Positions 12,460-24,858 of a stretch of DNA of 64,000 bases are shown piece after piece. Each line of letters begins with the position of its first letter. Position 1 is the first letter of the stretch. The position numbers and the translations under genes were made by a program. This stretch comes from Callorhinchus milii (taxonomy: Eukaryota): the NCBI RefSeq assembly GCF_018977255.1, contig NW_024704762.1, forward strand, positions 9,176,001 through 9,240,000, written 5' to 3'. Under the pieces are notes generated by a model, which was not told where the DNA came from, ran no database searches, and worked only from the letters and a program-made list of their open reading frames with translations.

Positions 12460-12825
12460 TAATAATAATAATTCTTGCAATAATGATGCAGCACCTTATC
12501 ACGTCTTCGAGACGTCTCAAAGCGCTTCACAGTGTGTACTGTAAAGTGAATTGATTGTTTTGTGGGCGAAATGCGGCAGCCAATTGCGCACGGCAGTGTC
12601 CCACAAACAGTCGTGGATTGAACGACCAAATTATTATTATTTTTTTCTTGAAGGGATTATTACACCTGGAAAAATGATCCGCCAATCGACTAACAACTGG
12701 GTTCCTAATTACTGCTAGGGAAACAGAGGTAAACAGTAAGGAAACTTGCCCAAAGTTTCGCCCTGCTCGGGAATCAAATCCGGTTCCTCTGGTTTGCGGG
12801 GTGAACGCTCTAACCAATACGCAAG
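12460..12825 (-). mobile_element. tRNA-derived SINE
   Basis: Full head-core-tail copy in intron 1 of S100 gene 3. Confidence 0.85.
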
Positions 12826-12954
12826 ACACTTTAAAATAATAAAGGAAAAGAAATTATCTTTCGAAAAACAAACAGTAGAGCTGCAGAACTACTCTGAGAG
12901 AAAGACACATCAAGTTACAAACCAGCCACTCCCTGTTTTCGCCTTTGGCTTCTT

Positions 12955-13022
12955 ACCTGTGAAATGATCTGGAAACAGGAGAGAAGCAGGAATGCGACGC
13001 AAGCTGTGAGGCGTGCTATATA
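12955..13022 (-). promoter_or_regulatory. TATA box and non-coding exon 1 donor of S100 gene 3
   Basis: TATATA at 13017-13022 and CAG/GTAAG donor at 12956, with the same spacing as the other S100 genes. Confidence 0.6.
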
Positions 13023-13692
13023 GGCGCGTCTGCTCTCCCCCACCCCCTCACACCAGAGGTACGGGGGGGGGGGGGTGGGAACTCTGACCGACTTTACCAT
13101 TTCTATATCCCAATTCGTTGAAACCAATTCAAAGGAACCGAGAAACTATGGAACCAGCAGCTTAAAAACTAAGGGTGACACAAAAGAGCTGTTGTGTTTG
13201 TCCTCAAGAAACAGGACAAGCCGTTCAGCCCACGCTTGAGAACCCTTATTATTCACACCTCCGCCCCCACCTTATTGTTACCTGTTTGTCTCTCTTAAAT
13301 CCCTCAAATTGTAAATCATGCAGGGCTTTCTGCAGAAACAAGTGGCACAAAATAATAATCCTTGCCATTTTATACAGCTGCTTTTCATGTCAGGAGGATG
13401 TCTCAAAGCGCTTCACAGGATGCACTGTAAAGTGTAGTGGCTGTGTATTTGTCGGCAAACGTGGCAGCAATGTGCAAAAGCAGCCGTGCAGTGAGCCAGA
13501 ACACCGGGAGAGAGAAACCCCCTAATAAACTGCCAACCGGGCTTGATGGGTTTCTCCTCTTCTGTTCCCCTGACTGACTCACCCGAGTTGTTACGGTCTG
13601 GAACACATGGCCTGAAATGGTCGTGGAAGCAGTTTCGATAATAGCTTTCAAAAAGGAATCGAATAGGTACTTAAAACGGAAAGACAAGGCTA

Positions 13693-13845
13693 TGGGGTAA
13701 GAGCGGGGGGAGTGGGACTAGTTGGGGTAAGAGCGGGGGGAGTGGGACTAGTTGGGGTAAGAGCGGTGGGAGTGGGACTAGTTGGGGTAAGAGCGGGGGG
13801 AGTGGGACTAGTTGGGGTAAGAGTGGGAGGAGTAGGGACTAGTTG
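13693..13845 (+). repeat. 30-bp minisatellite (GGGGTAAGAGCGGGGGGAGTGGGACTAGTT) x5
   Basis: Direct inspection; lies inside a CR1-like 3' fragment that occurs in single-unit form near 41410 and 46755. Confidence 0.92.
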
Positions 13846-16800
13846 GATAGCTCTTTCAAAGAGCCAGCACAGACACCATGGGCCGAATGGCCTCCTTTTG
13901 TGCTGTAAGATTCTATGGAGGCAGAGGATTCAAAACTAGAAACAGTGCTTCAGGGCTCAGATGATTTTGTCCCACTGAGGAGAACACACTCTGTTGTTTT
14001 GCAACAAACAGAAACGGGAAGTTTCTGTTAACAAAAACAAACAGATGTGAGCGCAGAACACAGTAGTCGTGCCGCAGCAGAGAAAAAAAATGGCCTTGTT
14101 GTAAATAAACAAGAGAACTATTGATGTTACGTCCACGGAAGAGACGTGTGAACAAGCAGAGAGTGAGACAGCCCAAACCAAAGGTCTTTGTAACGAACCG
14201 GTCAGAAGTTTGTGGGTTCAAGTTCTGCATAAGGGCTTTGAGATCACATTCCAAGTTGCCATCTTCCAGGCAAGACTAACGCTCATCTGTCTGTTTAGGT
14301 GGATTTTAAAAGATCCTGTGACACTGTTTTGGATACAGAAGAGAGTTTGTCCCAGTGTCCTGGCCACCAATCCTCCAGATAAATCGTTCATCCGCTTCAA
14401 GGTTGTTTGTGGGACCTTGCTGGGCCCAAACCTAGTTTTACTATGTTTTGTGGTGTGTTCACCTACAAAATACAACAACAGCAATTTGCACTTGCACAGC
14501 GCCCCCTCACGCAGGGCAGTGTCCCAGAGCGCTTGACAGTGTGGAGAAAGCGTGTTCCAGAGTTTCGGGGCGTAGTGGCTGAAAGCCGGGCCACCGATGG
14601 TGGAACGGAGGAGGGCACGAGGGACATGCAAACGCTGTCACCTACGCTGGCAGGGGTGAAGCGCTTTGAGATGTTTCTAAGCCATATTCCAACCCGACGA
14701 TGTTTACTTTCTCAAATTACTAAATATAATTATTAAATGAATGGGTCAGCTGACTCGAATGCTAACCCACTGATTCATGTAGGATTATGTGTTTGGTTTG
14801 AGGCACCACCCAAACCATTGCAAAAGCTACGTTACACCCAGCAGCGTTGATTATTTGGGTGCAAACTTCCTTGATTTCAATAGGATCTATTACAATAACC
14901 TCTAAACACAAAATCTGGCTGGTGTGGGAATAATCAACAAAGGAGAGCTTCACAAACACTGCGGTGTACTATTGAAAGCTTCTGCATTAGCTCAAGATTG
15001 GTAAACATTCAAGCTTCAGCTGCACACAGTGTTTTAGTGGCTTGGGGATGGCGTAGTGTTTATCTAAGGTGGCGAACAGGATTCCAGTTTCTCTGTGAAG
15101 CTTGTTTCCACCCCACGCTGAGATCAGATAATGCTAATAATAATAACAATAATAACAGTAACAATCCTTGCATTTGATATGGCGCCTAATCACGTCGTCG
15201 AGACCACTCAAAGCGCTTCACGGAACATCCTGTAAATTTCGTGGGCGAAACGCGGCAGCCAATTGCGCACAGCAGCGTCCCACAAACAGTCGTGGACCGA
15301 GCAACCGAAGAGAGAATTGTATCGCAGGGTTAGTTAGGGTAAGAGCAGGTAAAATTTCAGGGCGCGGTGGCCTGGCACAGGGCCAAAAGCTTTGCTCGTA
15401 GGAGTATGAACAATCGACTTTTACTTATTCATGAATAAGGGAACCGAAAAAAACCGGATCCAACACCTACACCTACGGCACTGAAAAAAGTTCCCGATGA
15501 GCAGTGAGGGCCAACAACAGCAACAACAAGAAATTGCAATTGTATCGTGCCTTTAATTTCAGGGGAATGTCGTTTATATCAGCAAACTCTATCCAGTGAA
15601 AGACAGATTCACCACAGTTTCCATACATGGACTTTCCAAATAAATTTAAACTCGATTGAGTCATAATTTATTCAGCATGTGAAAAGGCATTGTTCCAAGT
15701 TAATCTCATGTCAACTCTCACACACACACACACACACAATACAGTATTTGCCATCAAACATAGCTAAGGTTTTGGCTTTCCTGTGTTTTACCCAAAACAG
15801 GTGTATCCAAACAACTCACAAAAGAGGCCGTTTGATCCCGTCCTTCCATAGGAACAGGAGGAGGCCATTCAGCCCCTTGAGTCTGTTCTGCCAATCGATT
15901 AGATCATGGCTAATCTGTACCTCAGCCTCATTTAGCCACCTACCAAACCTACCCTCTGCTCTTCCCATTAGAGCACTGGACGAACAAATGAGTGCAGGGA
16001 CTGAGGTCAAGATCACTGACCATATCTCAAAGCAATATCTCTGTAAGTAAATTTGGGTATTTTGTAAGTAAATGTGGCTGCAAATGTGAGCGCATTGATT
16101 CATGAAGTGAATGACCAGTTTTATTGTCTCTGGTTGTGGTTTGCCTGTTCAACCAAACTCTCATCCAAAGGAACAGGTTAACCCTCCTGTCAGAGGACAA
16201 GAGCAGGATATAAACCCTGTGAAGTCCACATCAGACCTGTCACATCAATGGACATCTCTGCACAGATCATCTTGCTTTAAGTACAGCCCCTTATCACAAA
16301 CTCGAGACAGCCTAAAGCACTTCACTGGATTTTACTGTAACCCGTAGTGACTGTGTATTTGTAAGTACACGCAGCAGCCAATTTGCATAGGACAGTGACT
16401 GCCGATAGACAGACGTGAAGCCAATGGCCGTTTATTAATCCTTGCATTTAATTATCCTTGCATTTGATATAGAGCCTTATCACATCTTTGAGACGTCTCA
16501 AAGCGCTTCACAGAATATACTGTAAAGTGAACTGACTGTACATTGTGTGGGCGAAACACGGCAGCCAATTGCGCACAGCAGCGTCCCCACACACAGCTGT
16601 GGATTGAGTGACCAAATTATTATTTTTTTTTGAAGTGTTTATTAGCCCCGGAAAGCGATCCGCCAATTGACTAACAACTGGGTTCCTATTTGACGTTGGT
16701 AAACCGATGCGTGTGGCGTAAGGAAACTTGTCTAATGTTTCACCCCGCGAAGCTATACTAACCTACGGGATTTCATTTTATCTTCACCGACAGTTTAACT

Positions 16801-17204
16801 GGATATTCCCTGAACCCAAAGGAAAAGGAGATTCAAAGCGGAAAAAAAACGAACCCTGAGCGTCCTAAGTATTGGCGAGGTCAGGGTATCAAGGGATACG
16901 GGGCAAAGGGCTGGTAATTGGAGTTGAGGTACAGATCAGCCGTGATCTTATTGAATGGTGGAACAGGATTAGATTGAATGACCTAATCCTGTTTCTATGT
17001 TTCCGAACAAACATGTAATTGTTCAGCAGTCAAACCTGAAATGCAAAACTGCTAAGAAACATGCAAAGTTTGAGCAAACTGCTCTCCCCTTCTTCCCCCC
17101 CCACCCCCCACCCCTCCCGTCCCTCAGAACAGAAATCATTCTCTCTGCATGTGCACAGAGGGGTCATTATGTACTGAGAACACCATTGGGTTGTAGACAT
17201 GTGG

Positions 17205-17590
17205 AGGCTGTAGTTTAATAGTTAGGCCCTCGTCGTGCAAGCGAGAGGAATGGGTTCATTTCCAGGCGGAGCAAAAACCTTAAGCAAGTTTCCTCACTCC
17301 ACAAACACGCCTCTGTTTACCTTGCAAGAAGCAGGAACTTGGTTGTTAGTCGATGGGCGGACCACTTTCTAGGGGGAGTAATAATCCCTTCGAAATGTTT
17401 TAAAAAGTAATAATTTAGTCACTCAATACGTGGCTGTTTGCGGGGACGCTGCTGTGCGCAATCGGCTGCCGCGTCTCGCCCACAAAATACAAAGTCAATC
17501 CACTTTACAGTGTATCCCGTGAAGCGCTTTGAGACGTCTCGACGACATGACAAGGCGCTGTGTCAAACGCCAGGATTATTAATATTATTA
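17205..17590 (+). mobile_element. tRNA-derived SINE
   Basis: Head-core-tail copy of the same family. Confidence 0.8.
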
Positions 17591-18600
17591 TTAATCTTAA
17601 CTAGGCACAGGTTTGGGAGGGAACCCCATAGGGTCTGTATTGTATTGCAGTGATCTGAGATGCTTTTCTGGGTGAAGGGGTTGGGGTGGGGGGTGGGGGG
17701 GGTTTCGATGAGTTGAATAATGGTCGGAACCGGCTGCAAAACCAGAACCAGCCACAAGGGAGCGATCCAACCACTCGGTGAAGACAACGTCGCCGACACT
17801 ATCTAGTCACGGCCGAACATCTCTCGTCTAACACTCATGTCCTCAGTAACACAGTCAGAGCTGATTTAGGGTTAAACACTCGTGACTGTGGGTCCTGTCA
17901 CACCGGGAATTCTGAGCCGCAAGGCAGATTCACCTCCAGACTGGCGTCCCATGACGTGTCAGTTCAGGTTTTAGCCTGTACACGGGTGTGGTTTGTACAT
18001 TCATTGTTTCACCTGGAAATTTGGAAGGATCTGGCAACCTCCAACCTGGGCAAGATCGAGCTGTGTGTCGTGTTTGTGCAACGGTAGCATCCGATGGCAA
18101 CAGACCGTGTTGCTTAATAATTATTATTATTATTTATGTAACTCAATCATCTCATGAAAAAAGATGTTGAAACAGTGAGGTTTTTTTTTTTGGGGGGGGG
18201 TGAACTTTATTTAGCAGCAAGAGGAAACATACAAGATTGGAAACTCAGGAAAGCAACTCTTATCGGTTTGTAGGTGAGACACTTTGTGTAAAGCCACAGT
18301 TATTAATAATAATAATAATCCTTACATTAGATATAGCGCTTTATCACATCGTTGAGATGTCTCAGAGTGCTCCACATGATATACTGTAAAGTGTAGTGAC
18401 TGTATTTTGTGGGCAAAACAGGAGGGAGAGTGAGGGGGAGGAGAGAGGGAGGGAGAGACAGAGAGTGATATTTCTTTATTAACAAGCACACCTACTAAAG
18501 ACACAGGAAACCATAGTAAGACAGAGAGTATGGAGACTGTGAAAATATTAATGACAATAATCCTTGCACGTGGTTATTAATAGGGTTTTGTTGGTTTCCT

Positions 18601-20377
18601 TTACATCTTGCCTTGTTTCTTTAGGAGGTCAATGAAGAAGTCATTACAGGCAATAGTGAGGACTGTGACAAGGTGGATAAACTCCTGGAAATCCACTTTT
18701 CCATCACTGTTGACATCCAAGTCTCTCATGATGTCATCCACGCAATTTGGATCCTTTTGGCTCTGGCGGAGAGAAAGATTAAACACCAATTAGATCCTCC
18801 ATTTTCTCACGAGTGGGAAAAACAGAATTGATTCTAATAATAATTTAATAATAATAATCCTCGCTTTTGACCCAACGTCTTATCGTGTCTTCGAGACGTC
18901 TCAAAGCGCTTCAAAGGATATACAGTAAAATGAATTGGCTGTGAGACCCTCGAGCCTGCTGGTGAGAGATTAAAGGCAGTGAGGTGCCTCTTGGGGAAAC
19001 TGTGGAAATGTAAATAAGACAATTTCTTGGAAGAGATGATAACTCAATCTGTTGTATTTTGTTTCCAAGGAAAACAGTGGCAGATTTTAGCCACCGAAGC
19101 CTTCCAAGCTTCCTCCAGCTCAGTGCATGTTGCAACGGGGGTAGTTTTATTAATAATATTGATAACAATCCTTACACTTGGTATGTTGCATTGTTGAGAC
19201 GTCTCAAACGCTATATACTTCAGAGAATACACTGTAAAGTTGATTGACTGTGTAATTTGTGGACGGAATGCGGAAGCCACTTAAGCACAACAGCGTCCCA
19301 CAAAACAGTCGTGGGTTGAGTCCAAATTATTATTTTATTTATTTTTTCTTGAGGGATTATTATCAGGCGTAAGGAAACATGCCCAAGGTTTCGCCCTGAC
19401 CTGCCGGGAATCAAACCCGTGTCTCTCGCTTGAGAGGCGAGCGCTCTAACCACTGAGCTACAGGACTCCACATCAATGAATGTCACAGCTCACTCGGCCA
19501 CAGTCACCAATGCAAGTATTTTACTTGCATCTACTTATTGCAAATGGGGAAGTGGACAATGGAGAATTTATTTTTCGCACACAGTGTGGTTAGGATTCGA
19601 ATGTCCTCGCGCAAGCAGAATCCATGTTGGCTTTCAAAAGGGAACTGGACACATAATTAAAAAGGTGTCAACCTCAGAGGGGTTTGTGTGGGAAGAAATG
19701 TCAGCAAACGGGACTAAGTGGATTGTTTTTGGAGCAGCCGGCACAGGCACGAAACTCGTAGAATCCTACAGCTCAGAAGGAGTCCATTCGGCCCATCGTG
19801 CCTGTGCCGGCATATAATTATAATAATCCTTGCCTTTGACTCAGCGCCTTATCACGTCTTCTTGACGTCTCAAAACGCTTGACAGATTATACTGTAAAGT
19901 GAATTGGCTGTATATTTTGTGGGCGAAACGCAGAAGACAATTGCGCACAGCAGCGTCCTACAAACCGTCATGGATTGAGCGACCAAATTTTTTTATTTTT
20001 TATTATCCCCCCCCGGAAAGCGATCCGCCAATCGACCAACAGCCGGGTCACTGCTAAGTAAACAGAGGCGTGTGGAGTAAGGGAAACTTGCCCAGGTCCT
20101 ATCGCTTGCGATGCGAGTGCTCTAACCACTGAGCTACAGGACTCTCGAAAACCTAACCAACCCACTTGTTCCCTCGCCTTACAAATATTTCCTTTTAAAA
20201 AAATTTTCATATCATTTTTAAGGTCACATTAATTACCTTCAAGAAGCTGATCAGCTCTCCCGAGAGAAGATCTTTGAGTTCGCCTTTGGTCAGAATGTAC
20301 TTGTTTCCCTCTTTGCCGGAATATTTGTAGAAAACCTGGATTATCGCATCCATGGCAGATTCCAGCTGGGAAAGCAT
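18601..20377 (-). CDS. S100Z/S100A1-like protein, gene 4 (100 aa); coding exons 20377-20237 and 18762-18601
   Basis: MLSQLESAMDAIIQVFYKYSGKEGNKYILTKGELKDLLSGELISFLK/GTAAT ... CCAG/SQKDPNCVDDIMRDLDVNSDGKVDFQEFIHLVTVLTIACNDFFIDLLKKQGKM*. The SQKDP hinge and LTxACNDFF..LKK.GK tail resemble S100Z as I recall it; orthology not established. Exon 1 donor at 21228; AATAAA at 18475-18480 (-). Confidence 0.95.
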
Positions 20378-20479
20378 GATGGTAACCTGGAACTGAGGGA
20401 AAAATATAATCGTCAGACAGAGGGAGACTTTAATATAATATCGCTCTCGTCTCAGAGCCTTTCACCAAGTTAATTCCAG

Positions 20480-20737
20480 GCAGAGGGCGAAACCTTGGGC
20501 AAGTTTCCTTTCTCCACACAGAGCCTAATAATAATCCCTCCAAAACCAAAAACAATAATAAATTGGTCATTTTCAATCTACGACACTTTGTGGGACATTA
20601 CTGTGCGCAATTGGCTGCCGCGTTCGCCCACAAATACACAGTCAATTCACTTTACAGTGTGTTCTGTGAAGCGCTTTGGGACGTCCTCCCGACGGGAAAA
20701 GCGCAATATCAAATGCAAGGATTACTATTATTATTAT
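20480..20737 (+). mobile_element. tRNA-derived SINE, young subfamily, 5'-truncated
   Basis: Near-identical to the 3' part of 56790-57132. Confidence 0.85.
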
Positions 20738-21735
20738 TTCTGCAAAGTGTAGTGACTGTTCGCTTGCCACAGGTGAACACACACAACCAGGTCGTCTTCT
20801 GTACTGTACATTTAGCAAATACAAATGGCCAGTTTGATTATAATCATCATAATACTCCTTACATTTGATGCAGCACCGGGAGCGGATGGCTCAAACACTT
20901 CACGGGTTATACTATAAAGTGTAGTGACTGTGTAGTTTGTGGGGAAAATGCAGCAGCCAGTTTGTGTGTGGCAGTGTCCCACAAAGAGCTTTGAGCAATT
21001 GAAAATTGACGCGTACTCACTTAATTTTTGTTCAGAACACTTTACAGAATATGGTATCAAACGCTCTGAGACGTCAAGTGCGACGATTATTATGCATCGC
21101 TATTGTTTCCCAGTTAATTACAGCAAAGCCTTGCAACCCTTTTCCCTGAAGAAAACTTGGATTTGAGGGAATTTACGCTTTCGGAATATCGGTTTACTAA
21201 ACTGGGCTTTTCTTTGGTGTTGTCTTACCTTTCAACCGCGATATCTGAAGCTGAAACAAGAGACGAGAGGAAGCGTGGTAACGGCTGTTGCGGTTTATGT
21301 AAAAACCACGGCAATCGCTGGGCGGTGACGCTGCCTGACACCTGTCAATCGCAGCTCAGGGTGAATGCCATTGATGGCCTGGGAGATGCACACGTTCACT
21401 TTGTGGCACTCGAATTCCGCCCACCGGCTGAGATTGGCTTCTTGCAGAGGTTGTTAAGCGAGGGAAGGAGTCCAGGGACCGGATTGCGGGGGAGGACTTT
21501 TCTTAGGCACCAAAACGCCCGTCAACGTCCCCCTGTCAACAGGTGCTGCGTGGGATTCCCTGTCCCCGAGGAACACCTGCGTGCTGAGGTGAAAATACCC
21601 CCCCACCCCCCACCCCGTGCAGGGCAACGCTCCCACTAGCACTCACTGAGGAGAGATGCTCCCTTGGTGCTTTGAAGCCTTCCCAACCAACCTTTCTGCT
21701 TGACGTTCCAAAAACACTGTCAATAACTGGCTCCT

Positions 21736-22450
21736 GTGGAGTCCCGTAGCTCAGTGGTTAGAGCATTTAGAGCATTTGCCTCACAAGCGAGAGGACCTGG
21801 GTTCGATTCCCAGGTGGGACAGGGAGAAACGTTAGGCAAGTTTCCTTACACACACGCACACACACACACACACACACGCACGCACGCGCCTCTGTTTACC
21901 AGCAGTAAGTAGGAACCCGGTTGTTAATCGATTGGCGGATCGCTTTGGGGGTAATAGTCTCTTAAAAAAAAATCCCCCCAAAAATAAACAATAATAAATT
22001 GGTCACTCAATCCACGGCTGTTTGTGGGACGCTGCTGTGCGCAATTGGCTGCCGCGTTTTGCCCCCAAAATACACAGTCACTCCACTTTACAGTGTATCC
22101 CGTGAAGCTCTTTGAGACGTCTCGAAGATGTGATAAGGCTCTACATTAAATGCAAGTATTATTATTATTATTTGTTATCGCGCCTTATCACATGTTTGAG
22201 ACTTCTCAAAGCGCTTCGTAGAATACACTGTAAAGTGTAGTGACTGTGTATTTTGTGGGCAAAATGCGGCAGCCAATTGCGCACAGCAGCGTCCCCACAA
22301 ACAGTCGTGGATTGAGTGACTGATTTTATTTGGGGGATTGTTGGCCAGGACGCAAGGAGAGAGAAATTCCCTTCTCGCTTCGAATAGTTGCCACGGGATC
22401 TTTAACATCTACTGAACAGGGAGATGGGACCTCGGTTTAATGTTTTAGCC
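21736..22450. mobile_element. Two SINEs tail to tail (+ 21736-22170, - 22176-22450)
   Basis: Full + copy with an internal (CA)n, followed by an inverted core and tail copy. Confidence 0.8.
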
Positions 22451-24355
22451 GAAGGACAGCTTTAACTGAAGAGAGGTCACACCCTTGGCATGGAAACTGA
22501 GCAATTCAGTAGGGGTTCGGGAGCATAATATTGTTTAATAGCTGTTGTTGGAAAGTGATGTGTAAGGGAGCAATTTATTTTTTAAGTTTTGTTAATTAAA
22601 GCCAAGACTCAAGGGATTCTTTTAAAGTGGGAACGAGCGAACAGGTGAATTCCCAAATGCCATTTGTGAAGGGGTTTGAATGGGGATCGTTTGGGATATA
22701 AAGATGCCGCCATATTTTTTCTTTTTAAGCTTATTTAAATAAACTTATTTAAAGCCAATATTTGCCACGTACAATTTTTAAACATCATTGGGGTGGGTAG
22801 AGGGGGCGTGGGGGGGTGTTGCGGTGGGGAGGGGGGAATTCAGTCTTCATCGAGACAATAGTTCAGGCTTTTGTTGATATACTCTCCAAAGGGAGCACTT
22901 AATAACACTTAAGCAGTTCCTAAGCAGTAGAGCTGTCGTGTGTAGCGTGTGTGTGGGTGTGTGTGTCGGGCTGGTTTAGTTGGTGTTGCTCTGGCCTCTG
23001 GCTCAGGAGATTAAGGATTTGCTTCTAATATTGGAACGTTAATAATCTTTCACGTTTCATACAGCGCTTTACCACATCCTGGAGACATCTCGGAATGCTT
23101 CACACGCATAGCGAGTGCAGTGTTGTGAGGTGAGCTCACGAGCCGAGGCTGTCACTTCCAGGCTCTCAGCCTCTGAATGAGAGGTTAAGGCGTTATGGAA
23201 CAAATAGGAAAGAATTTGTTATGACAGCAAATAGGTTGTGGACGACGAGTTGCATTGAGCAGCTCATTATATCAAAGCTATCCATGGCTTAGACCCCTGT
23301 AGACACAGGAGACATCCTCCCAATGTGGGGGACTGAACCCATGGCCTCTTCAGTCAGAGGAGAGACCTGGACACCAGCCAACAGTTGCTGCGTCTGAAAG
23401 GCTTCACTGTTGACCATACCGGGCACTTTGAGACAGTGGAAGTCAAGTGGCTTAAGGAAGCAGTTTTTTTTTAAAAAACAGTGGGATTTGAAGGGTTTTT
23501 AACCTGTTCCTCGCCTGCTGATCCCTCGTGATCCTTGATCTTACTAATAATTTGGTCACTCATTCCACGACACCACTGTGCGCAATTGGCTGCCGCGTTT
23601 CGCCCACAAAAATGCATGGTTGATTCACTTTACAGTATGTTCTGTGAAGCGCTTTGAGACGTCTCGACGACGTGATAAATAGCTACATCAAATGCAAGGA
23701 TTATTATTATTATCCACACACACACACACCACACACACACGCGCGCGCGCACGCACACCACACACACCTACACCCTGAGTGCTGTAGATGCAGATTAAAG
23801 TTTGCATGGGTGAAAGGGAGATGATAGATACTTGGGAAGTAATGGGTATTAGTGGGTATGGAGAAAAAGGGGCCAAAATGGGATTAAAATATCCCTTGGG
23901 ATGTTCCCCTGACATGAAAGGCGCTGTACAAATGTCAGTTGTTGTAGAAAATCTCCCACGATCTACTCAAATACAGTGAACGGCCTCTTCCTAGTTCTGT
24001 GTTTCTCTAAATGTGTTGCAGACCGGCCTCTGGCACTTGTCCCAAATCCCTTGTGATACAACAACTCGCCAATGGATTCAGCCGTCATCAATCGCAGCTT
24101 TATTTCCAACGGGGACTGCACTCTGGTAAAACAGAGTGAGAGATCAACGTGAGGCTGCTGAAAAGATAATTTTGGGATGAGGTTGTTGGGTGTTGAGTGG
24201 GGTAGGGTGGGGGGGGTGTTGCGGGGGGGGAGCAATGAGGAAGGTACAATATGGTACAACGTGGAACCACCTTCCCAGCTCCACCCTCCTCTTTGACCGT
24301 GCCTACCCCCACCCTCCCTGCCCTCCACCCCTCCTGATCCCGACCCCCAATTGTG

Positions 24356-24607
24356 NNNNNNNNNNNNNNNNNNNNNNNNNNNNNNNNNNNNNNNNNNNNN
24401 NNNNNNNNNNNNNNNNNNNNNNNNNNNNNNNNNNNNNNNNNNNNNNNNNNNNNNNNNNNNNNNNNNNNNNNNNNNNNNNNNNNNNNNNNNNNNNNNNNNN
24501 NNNNNNNNNNNNNNNNNNNNNNNNNNNNNNNNNNNNNNNNNNNNNNNNNNNNNNNNNNNNNNNNNNNNNNNNNNNNNNNNNNNNNNNNNNNNNNNNNNNN
24601 NNNNNNN
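24356..24607. other. Assembly gap
   Basis: Run of N. Confidence 1.
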
Positions 24608-24858
24608 GTCTGCGTCTGTGTATGGGTGGGTGTGTGCAAAGATTATTATCACTCGCTATTTATTTTTAAAAAATTGAGAAACAATTTCTGCTGAAGAAGG
24701 AAGGATGGCCCAGGTTTAAGAGTGAAACCTTTGTTCTTTTTACTAAACAGCAAATCGAATACAAACATGGTTTTGGGTTTGAAGATAAGATGAGTGGTCG
24801 TCCGTTAACGTTAGCTTCTGGGTTACATCACGTTACGTGCAAATCTGCTCATCTCTGC

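Noticed and set aside
13693-13845. Regular 30-bp repeat resembling a CRISPR array or a GVGLVGVRAG repeat protein
   Set aside because: No unique spacers, eukaryotic context, and it is a local amplification within a CR1-like fragment.
23963-24694. Long ORFs containing X runs (also 31253-31708)
   Set aside because: Artefacts of N gaps.
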